Source: an uncultured bacterium | Lineage (GTDB): Bacteria > Omnitrophota > Omnitrophia > Omnitrophales > Aquincolibacteriaceae | DNA: 64,000 nt | Assembly (NCBI GenBank): GCA_964482725.1 | Contig: CAYZYT010000003.1 | Span: forward strand, 116,010-180,009 | Reading direction: 5' to 3' | Shown: piece by piece, positions 59,601 to 64,000 of the stretch | How the letters are laid out: each line of letters begins with the position of its first letter | Numbering within the stretch: position 1 is the first letter of the stretch | Notes under the pieces: generated by a model | Told to the model about the DNA's origin: nothing | Seen by the model: the letters and a program-made list of their open reading frames with translations, nothing else | Database searches by the model: none | Position numbers and translations under genes: made by a program

Positions 59601-62600
59601 GAACAACTATTGGTACAACGAGACGAATACGGTGGGTATCGGAAATACCACTTCCGCCAACGTAACGAAAGCCGCGTCCTCATCAGCCCTGACGAGTTCT
59701 AGCCACGCGGTTTATTCGGGATGGGATTTTGATGCGGATGGTGTTTCGGCTGGACATAACGGCAACTGGATCATGGCGGGCCTTCCGCATCTGCAGATGG
59801 AATGGACGACAAGTATCACGAATGCCGCCGAACTCCAGATGATGGCCCTCAATCTCGATGCTTCCTATGTGCTCGCCGACAACATTGATGCCTCCGGGAC
59901 CGCGACCTGGAATTGGGACGGGGCAAAGTATCTCGGATTTGATCCGATAGGCAGAAGTGCGCCATATTTTACGGGAACTTTTGACGGACAAAATCACACG
60001 ATCGCGGACCTTGCTATCAATCGGCGAACTGAAACCATGGTCGGTCTTTTTGGGATGACGAGCGGTGCGGAAATTCGGGATGTTGGCCTTGTGGGTGGCA
60101 GCGTGAGTGGCCATGGTTTTGTCGGTTCATTGGTTGCGGTCCATTCTGCGAGTTCAATCATTACAAACGCGTACTCGACGGCTGATGTGATCGGCACTTG
60201 GGCTGTGGGTGGCCTAGTGGGCAATAATCAGGTAGGTGCGAGCGTTGTCGATTCGTACGCGGCTGGGGACATCCACGGTAGTTACAACCAGATTGGGGGT
60301 CTGGTCGGTCATAATGTTAGTTCGAGTATCACAAATTCTTACGCGACTGGCAATGTGACCGGTGAAGGGAACGAAGTTGGCGGTTTGGTTGGGAATAATG
60401 AATTGGGTGCGAGCATTACCGACTCGCATGCTACGGGCAGTGCAAGTGGGGTCGATAGTGTCGGGGGTTTGGTGGGAATGAATGAGGATGAGGATTCCCT
60501 TATTACAAATTCCTATGCTACGGGCGATGTAAGCGGTACGACCAATTTTGGCGGTCTTATTGGACTTAATGTTGCAAGCGGGATCACGGGGATTACCGAT
60601 TCTTACGCTCATAAAGTCTACAACGCCCTCGATCTGCAACTCATGCGGTATGACCTCGATGGTAACTTCACACTTCAGAACAATATCGATGCTTCGGCGA
60701 CCTCGACCTGGAACTCCGGTTCCGGTTTTGTCCCCGTCGGCGATTTTACTAATAAATTTTCCGGATCACTCAATGGCCTTGGCCATAAGATCAGCGGCCT
60801 CTTTATCAACCGATCGACGACAGACAACGTGGGCTTGTTTGGAGCTACGTCAGGAACGGCGGTGCTGAGTAACATCGGCATGGTGGGGAGTAATTTCCTC
60901 GGGAAACGGGAGGTGGGGGGATTGGTCGGCTATCATCTGGGGGCGATCAGCAACTCTTACAATGCTGGGACTCTCTCGGCTGCGGGTGTGTATCTTGGAG
61001 GATTGGTCGGCTACATGGCCGGCGGGTCGATCACCGATTCGTACAATACGGGAACTCTTTCCGGGCTTCAGGCCGTCGGAGGACTGGTCGGGTATAGTGC
61101 CGGTTCCATTACTCGTTCTTATAATTCCGGAAGTGTGACCGGCACCGATATCAATATCGGCGGTTTGGTGGGGAGTAACACGGGCGCGATCACCAATTCG
61201 TTTAACGCGGGGCATGTCACCGGCGTCACCACTTCGACCGGCGGCGCGATCGGCCTTCAGAGCAGTGGTGCGCTTACCAACAACTGGTATGTCGACAGTT
61301 CCGATACCGGGATTACCTGGGGAGTCGGCAGCAACCATACCGACCCCAGCGGCATCAATAAGCAAGCCGGTGCAACGATCGATGTAGCCAAGGCCGCTTT
61401 CTATTCCTCCGGACATACGGTCTATTCGGGATGGGATTTTGATATGAACGGTATTTCAGCGGGGAATGACGGGACCTGGATCATGGCCGGCCTGCCGCAT
61501 CTTCAGAACGAATGGACCACGACGATCACGAATGCCACCGAACTCCAGATGATGAACTTGAATTTTTCTGCCCATTACACTCTCGCCAATGATATCGATG
61601 CCTCCGCGACTTCGACTTGGAATGGCGGTCTCGGTTTTAAACAAGTGGGGTACACGACAGGAAACCAGTGGAGTCCTCCGAACAAGCTGTTCACCGGAGA
61701 ACTGGACGGCGGGGCGCACACGATCACGGGGCTGACGATCGATCGACCGGCGGAGTCCTATGTCGGGTTGTTCGGAGCGACCAGCGGAGCGACGGTCAGT
61801 AACATCGGGCTCCTGGACGTCGACATCACCGGTTACATGTCCGTCGGCGGTCTTGCCGGTTCGAGTGCCGGCGGCAGCAGCATCACCAATGCCTATGTCA
61901 CTGGGATTGTGACCGGGGATATGAGCAACCAGTGTTTTGGCGGGCTTGTGGGGGTCAACGATACCGCCTCTTCCATTGCGAATTCCTATTCGACGGCGGC
62001 GGTCGTAGGCGGGGATCTTGCGGGCGGTCTGGTGGGTTTTAATGACATCGGTTCTACGATCACCAACTCCTTCTCCACCGGAATCGTCACCGGCGGGTGG
62101 GGCATTATCGGCGGCTTTGCCGGTGAGAATGACGGCACGATCACCAATTCTTTTTCAACCGGCGCCGCGACGGGGGCAGGAACGGTGGGCGGAATGCTCG
62201 GGTATGTCAGCGGCGGCACGCTGACGAATAACTGGTGGTTTAACGAGACGAATCGAGTCGCGGTCGGCAATGCGTCTCCTGCCGGCGTTACCAAAGCCAG
62301 CGGCTATGGCGATTTCTACGGGACGGGTTCGGGCACCGGTGGCGCGGTGTATAACCCCGCGGCCAGCAGTCCGTGGGTGTTCGATGCTTCGAATTGGTCC
62401 GCGTCGCTCGACGATATGGATAGCGACCTCTACTATCCGTCCCTTGCTTTCGAGAATAAAGTTTACACAAAGATCTCGGATGAAGCGGGCCTCCGAAATC
62501 TTCATGAAGGAAATCTTGCCGGCAATTACTATCTCGGTGCGGATATTCCGCTCACCGCGCCTTTTACAAGCGACATCATCGGGAACAGTACGACGCCTTT

Positions 62601-64000
62601 CACCGGCATGTTTCTCGGCCACGGCCACACTATCTCAGATCTTGTGATTGACACTTCGAGCAGTAATTCCGGATTATTCGGCAAAACATCCGGAGCGACG
62701 CTCGCCGATATCCAGCTCCTCAACGTGGATGTCTCGGGAGGTAATTCCACCGGGAGTTTGGTGGGTTATAGTGATTTCTCTTCCATCACCTCCAGCTATG
62801 CGACGGGTAGCGTGAGCGGGGCAGACTCCGTGGGTGGTTTGGTCGGCGTGACTAACTACTCCGCCATCGCCTCAAGCTCGACCGGGGGGAGTGTGAGCGG
62901 CGTGAGTTCCGTGGGCGGTCTTGTGGGTCTCAATTGGTCGACGCCTGTCACCTCGAGCCATTCTTCGGCAACCGTTAGCGGTAGCGGCGACTGGACTGGT
63001 GGCCTCGTGGGTTATAACAATTCCTCAGCGATTACCGCGAGCTACGCGACGGGAAATGTTACAGGCGGCGTCAGGGAAGCCGGCGGTCTTGTCGGGCGCA
63101 ATATTGATTCAAGTTCAATCACCGGTTCCTACGCTTCGGGAACGGTTCAGGGTGGCGATGATACCGGGGGCTTGGTCGGGAAGAACTGGGATGCTTCTTC
63201 GGTCACTTCCAGCTATGCCACGGGAAGCGTCAGCGGTGAGAACAGCGTGGGTGGCCTGGTTGGGCGTAACTGGTCGGACAGCGGGACAAGTTCTATCACC
63301 TCCAGTTATGCTTCCGGGAGTGTGATGGGTACGACGAATGTCGGGGGTCTGGTCGGTGAAAATTATGATTCTTCCATCACCAGTTCTTTCAGTACTGGAT
63401 TGGCGAGAGCGTCGGGAAGTGACGAGAGCGGTCTGATCGGGTATTACTGGAGCGGCACGCTGGCGAACAACTGGTGGTTTAGCAGTAATATCTCGGGAGT
63501 TTGGCACACGACTCCCACGGGCGTGACTAAAGCCGCGTCCGCCGAAGCCTTTTTTAATTCCACTCATTCGGTTTATACCGGCGCCAGTCCCTGGGATATT
63601 GCATCCACTTATGACGGATCGGTCTGGGCGCTGTCGGGGAATAATGGCGCGTTCCCGCTTTTGCAGATGCGGTATTCCACGGATATTTCGGATGTCACGC
63701 AACTGCAACTTATGTATCTCGATCTCGATGCTTCTTACACTTTAGCCAATGACATCGACGCTTCTTCGACCGCAACCTGGAACGTTGGCAAAGGGTTTGA
63801 ACCGGTGGGGACTTCGGCCGGAGACCCTTGGGATGCTCCTGTGAACCCATTCATGGGAGATCTTGACGGTGGAAGACATACGATCTCAGGTCTTACGATC
63901 AACCGTCCGACGGAGGACTACGTCGGATTATTTGGCGCGACAAACGGATCCATGATCACCGATGTGGGGTTGGTGGGTGGCAGCATCAGCGGTCATAATA
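50617..64000 (+). CDS. Giant secreted TpsA-like exoprotein: extended leader/signal peptide, TPS (haemagglutination-activity) domain, FHA-like beta-helix repeats and >=11 tandem capped parallel-beta-helix modules of GLUG-like 20-aa repeats (3' end outside window; >4460 codons)
   Basis: ATG 50617 with AGGGAAG RBS. Frame 1 was read through by eye with no stops found (the supplied ORF track lists no frame-1 ORF here), with spot checks at 50941, 51061, 52261, 52861, 53881, 54121, 55201, 56461, 57661, 58981, 59281, 60601, 61321, 62401 and 63901. Signal-peptide-like h-region ..KKAVALATAFVFLWSMCITPVMA. TPS-like region ..NVQGNPVWNVPEFNVAQGNIYNI...ALLVNGGSASNIFGTMNLSNLDFILQNIAGINIGGSAMINLSNASLIASTL.... 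Repeats such as VGGLVGxNxGxIxNSYSTGxVxG recur more than 100 times. Confidence 0.75.
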   Translation, partial: MKNKNVVDQLWECSDSKRGMGNGERSANFELQKTDQRLETAAWNFGTCDKRLVYESPVSSLLSRVVFKKAVALATAFVFLWSMCITPVMAETINVQGGSIDVNVQDNTTNWNVQGNPVWNVPEFNVAQGNIYNIAGLNQGSSLALLVNGGSASNIFGTMNLSNLDFILQNIAGINIGGSAMINLSNASLIASTLPLNLSTTDFLSRDYQFSGQGGFLMNAGKIVGTNADLVALVANAIENRGTIEVPMGTVALAAGNTVTVGISPDGMVSIGVDEATANKMGLKDQIKNSGSITADGGRVVLNAQAMDGLFDKAISIERSGNSVDAVRADNGTVDFQSMDDVFNDAVIKASGGTVKIASTQGAVMNAGTLEANKGKVEVTAAQEVTNKAKIEAIEGAIKIISEKSDVVNQGTMKADKGEIKIASTQGAVTNAGTVVAAKGKVEVVAAKDVTNQATVQADEGSIIVVSTKRDVVNQGTMKSEKGEVKITSTQGNVTNAGTVAADHGKIEVTAKKDIVNDAIMSGVGGEIKVNSTEGAITNKGTLKADDGAIRLTAAQTVYNKKLMDARQGKIEVESVKSDVVNEGTMAAEKGEIKVTSLEGKITNAGIMQAQSGNIKLTAEQAVYNKMLIEALGGKVEVTSKKAEVTNDGTLDAVGGKVALTAAGAVETKGVLKAAEVTERGASFKMGGRVEVGTMDMDNLDNRADIAALAELSGVFSDEDDITVLGDFSLVGDTTIWTDSNVTGTDGTLTWDADHTVTGNGHDLTLKVSKNSTVGAITGVDLLTLDKNTDKTPTYTGSTANDISVNTFKTMNGVTFSKTVTGRDGLAANTAFLVYDVTQLQGMANDLDAFYEVANNIDASETSSWNAGAGFDPVGNVDPGTEFTGTFDGANHTISDLKISTSSDNVGLFGYISGAGAMISDIRLLNVAVAGGTYVGGLVGFNAGGSVDNAGSNGTVSGSNVGGLVGQNEGFISNSYGGGTLSGGNVGGFVGYNTGTISYSYSTGSVSGGNNVGGLVAVNSGPISYSYSNADVFSSNSSIGGLVGNNSFATISNSYSTGRVFGGQYVGGLVGINDNGFVNNSYSTGNVVGSGSYYSNGQYIGGLVGGNWYGSVTDSYSTGSVSGGIRVGGLVGMNDWSSINNSYATGNVSGNTASNNLVGPLTGTQGTINNSYYVSGTASNSGGGTVNTYGTGTDTVANFQNPAHTALVYTAGASPWTFNASNWKVVTYDDDYPYLTFEENVNTAAQLKAISGGDLTARYRQGADIDLTSVDFTSYIIGNTTAFTGTYNGNGYTISNLTISAPTTDNVGLFGSTSNATILSNIHLQNVDISGQSSVGGLVGSNSGAFISNSSVSGIVSSTGDYVGGLAGSSFGSISNSYSSGSVTGGGDYAGGLVGSVFFSTLSNTYSTSSVSGHDYVGGLVAYSEGITILNSYSTGNVSGASYVGGLQGFSDGSIDNSFSTGRVTATGSYVGGLVGGNWSTITNSGWYDNAGDSATYAIGSASADITYNVGKAGTDGGGKYYYASSDSTWFFDSSKDIYDTGATPWDIAATHDGSAWAMSGSNSAFPLLQMRYSTTITDAVQLQLMFLDLAGNYTLANNISAAETSTWNAGLGFDPVGDSTNEFRGIFDGNSKVITGLTINRETESYVGLFGQTSAATISDIGLSDVNVKGLEFTGGLVGYNYNSTIENSFSAGTVTGADASSQIGGLVGKNDSSGEITHSYSTGTVTAGSGSYRVGGLVGYAGSTSNINDSYSTADVTGVGDSSYLGGLLGFNNGGAIASSYASGTVTGGVGSYNMGGLVGTNYNGGTINKSYSTGAVTGNDDSYQLGGLVGQNGTAGAASVVSNSYSTSNVTGGSNSYRLGGLVGENSSSDITNAYSSGTVAGADGTSQVGGLVGFNNSGDVTNSFSAGAVTGGTGSDHIGGLVGDDVTGTYVNNWYVSTSQGISNKADVVGEVSKETDGASAFFDSAHPVYWLNGIPSGTAAWDIHTTYNASNIWAMQGTGEMLPMLQMRYATDITDAVSLQLMFLNLAGNYTLANNIDASETATWNAGLGFDPVGNNAGRFTGSFDGNGYSISGLIIDRTTDHTGLFGYAQSSNSFTDVNLTGVSITGANNVGGLIGTSDGVSVSGSSVAGAVSGSGQQIGGLIGFMTEGILSDSYTTASVTATGTSDSVGGIVGGLTAGTIERAYASGDISGYGNVGGIAGYADTSSTIKNVYSTGHVTGTSWCIGGIVGWFDSSTLENSYASGRVEGGSGDSGDVGGLVGTNKSTSTVKNSFATGLVTGQTDVGGAIGDNASATNVNNWWYSATAQGVGAGSASGVSQETNGAAAFYDPSHPVYNGTTTWDFATPVWVETANTYPLLAFQFTVISTPEQLEAVSSGNLAGYYRLGDDIDLAGIDFTPYMIGNDATAFSGIFAGAGHTISNLSINSGSNNVGLFGYTNGARFSNIGLINTDVTGTGYATGGLVGVSYYSAIAHAYSLGTVTGSFITGALVGYNFSSPISNSYAASTVVGYQTTGGLVGSNSYSDISNSYSTGTVTGTGTGGGDYSTGGLVGWNEASTIFSSYSASAVTGAGYSTGGLVGWNGYAIISNSYSVGPVIGTGYATGGLAGVNNLSEITNSYSAGTVAGNNAAGGVVGFNRYSTITNSFATGRVDGSLYIGGLVGDDFSGTYANSGWYKDPAGDAVYAIGDTSTDATYNVGKSGTDSGDLHYFSTATPSWFYDKTQDIYDTGATPWDFDADGVSAGHNGNWIMAGLPHLQNEWTDTITNVAQLQMMALDLDANYTLANNIDASDTVNWNAGLGFDPVGYSTIVNSMDHPYTGNFDGNSHTITGLTINRPTEDFVGLFGGISGNVHDVGLTNVSVTGAAYASGLVAMNLGTIDKSYSQGAVSGSDAVGVLCGYNGYLSGSISNSYSTGTVRTSWRDVGGLVGTNAGIILNSYSSAAVTGGSLTTSGGLVGYFPAGSISNSYATGIATGPSNVGGLIGYYSAGTLTNNYWYNETNTVGIGNTTSANVTKAASSSALTSSSHAVYSGWDFDADGVSAGHNGNWIMAGLPHLQMEWTTSITNAAELQMMALNLDASYVLADNIDASGTATWNWDGAKYLGFDPIGRSAPYFTGTFDGQNHTIADLAINRRTETMVGLFGMTSGAEIRDVGLVGGSVSGHGFVGSLVAVHSASSIITNAYSTADVIGTWAVGGLVGNNQVGASVVDSYAAGDIHGSYNQIGGLVGHNVSSSITNSYATGNVTGEGNEVGGLVGNNELGASITDSHATGSASGVDSVGGLVGMNEDEDSLITNSYATGDVSGTTNFGGLIGLNVASGITGITDSYAHKVYNALDLQLMRYDLDGNFTLQNNIDASATSTWNSGSGFVPVGDFTNKFSGSLNGLGHKISGLFINRSTTDNVGLFGATSGTAVLSNIGMVGSNFLGKREVGGLVGYHLGAISNSYNAGTLSAAGVYLGGLVGYMAGGSITDSYNTGTLSGLQAVGGLVGYSAGSITRSYNSGSVTGTDINIGGLVGSNTGAITNSFNAGHVTGVTTSTGGAIGLQSSGALTNNWYVDSSDTGITWGVGSNHTDPSGINKQAGATIDVAKAAFYSSGHTVYSGWDFDMNGISAGNDGTWIMAGLPHLQNEWTTTITNATELQMMNLNFSAHYTLANDIDASATSTWNGGLGFKQVGYTTGNQWSPPNKLFTGELDGGAHTITGLTIDRPAESYVGLFGATSGATVSNIGLLDVDITGYMSVGGLAGSSAGGSSITNAYVTGIVTGDMSNQCFGGLVGVNDTASSIANSYSTAAVVGGDLAGGLVGFNDIGSTITNSFSTGIVTGGWGIIGGFAGENDGTITNSFSTGAATGAGTVGGMLGYVSGGTLTNNWWFNETNRVAVGNASPAGVTKASGYGDFYGTGSGTGGAVYNPAASSPWVFDASNWSASLDDMDSDLYYPSLAFENKVYTKISDEAGLRNLHEGNLAGNYYLGADIPLTAPFTSDIIGNSTTPFTGMFLGHGHTISDLVIDTSSSNSGLFGKTSGATLADIQLLNVDVSGGNSTGSLVGYSDFSSITSSYATGSVSGADSVGGLVGVTNYSAIASSSTGGSVSGVSSVGGLVGLNWSTPVTSSHSSATVSGSGDWTGGLVGYNNSSAITASYATGNVTGGVREAGGLVGRNIDSSSITGSYASGTVQGGDDTGGLVGKNWDASSVTSSYATGSVSGENSVGGLVGRNWSDSGTSSITSSYASGSVMGTTNVGGLVGENYDSSITSSFSTGLARASGSDESGLIGYYWSGTLANNWWFSSNISGVWHTTPTGVTKAASAEAFFNSTHSVYTGASPWDIASTYDGSVWALSGNNGAFPLLQMRYSTDISDVTQLQLMYLDLDASYTLANDIDASSTATWNVGKGFEPVGTSAGDPWDAPVNPFMGDLDGGRHTISGLTINRPTEDYVGLFGATNGSMITDVGLVGGSISGHN
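53150..64000 (+). repeat. Tandem coding modules (about 0.8-1.3 kb each, >=11 copies) within the giant ORF
   Basis: Cap motifs recur at ~53179, 54403, 55408, 56731, 57791, 58981, 59878, 60679, 61589, 62539 and 63749. Two cap types: ..LQLM.L.L..NYTLANNIDAS.T.TWN.G.GF.PVG...FTG.FDGN.HTI.GL.I.R.....VGLFG and ..YRLG.DIDL...DFT.Y.IGN..TAF.G.F.G.GHTISNL.I. Confidence 0.75.

Noticed and set aside
50728-63708. Numerous 60-200-aa minus-strand ORFs and frame-2 plus-strand ORFs across 50.7-64 kb
   Set aside because: All are shadows of the giant frame-1 plus-strand ORF. Their translations are R/G/P-rich, they have no start contexts, and the sense frame shows strong periodic amino-acid conservation.
53400-64000. 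Possibility that the highly periodic ~60-nt repeats are a CRISPR array
   Set aside because: Repeats are imperfect, in-frame and encode conserved peptide motifs (VGGLVG..NSYSTG). There are no unique spacers of constant length and no cas genes, so they are coding beta-helix repeats.
1-64000. tRNA/rRNA genes, transposases, integrases or prophage modules
   Set aside because: None recognised. The intergenic repeats are short palindromic REP-like elements without transposase ORFs, so no mobile element is called.

Overview
GC-rich (~57%) bacterial chromosomal segment with dense, mostly plus-strand housekeeping and accessory genes and no rRNA, tRNA or CRISPR. Left to right: TerC 3' end, an H+-pyrophosphatase (minus strand), an APC-Usp transporter, a c-di-AMP cyclase, glpK-glpD, an ABC-F ATPase, recN, yciH, tatD-tcdA, a marR-tolC-macA-macB-MFS efflux cluster and a GH13 glgB. 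A cobalamin riboswitch then controls a complete B12 uptake/salvage operon (btuB-like TonB-dependent receptor, tonB, btuF/C/D-like, cobO). Nearby are FTCD-like/folD/panB, a REC-GGDEF(variant)-MshEN signalling protein and two paralogous B12-binding radical-SAM proteins. These are followed by psd-pssA-lysE and DUF4912 + a GH57 glucan enzyme. The most striking element is a giant ORF (start about 50617, running off the window end, more than 4460 codons) that is absent from the supplied ORF track although its frame has no stops. It begins with a long leader plus signal peptide and a two-partner-secretion (TPS/haemagglutination-activity) domain. FHA-like beta-helix repeats follow, then at least 11 tandem ~0.8-1.3 kb modules, each a capped parallel beta-helix of GLUG-like ~20-aa repeats (VGGLVG..N.G.I.NSYSTG.V.G). 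This looks like a TpsA-type giant exoprotein or adhesin of an unusual architecture. Several families of intergenic palindromic (REP-like) repeats are also present, including a 28-bp perfect palindrome found twice and a GTAC heptad-repeat hairpin.
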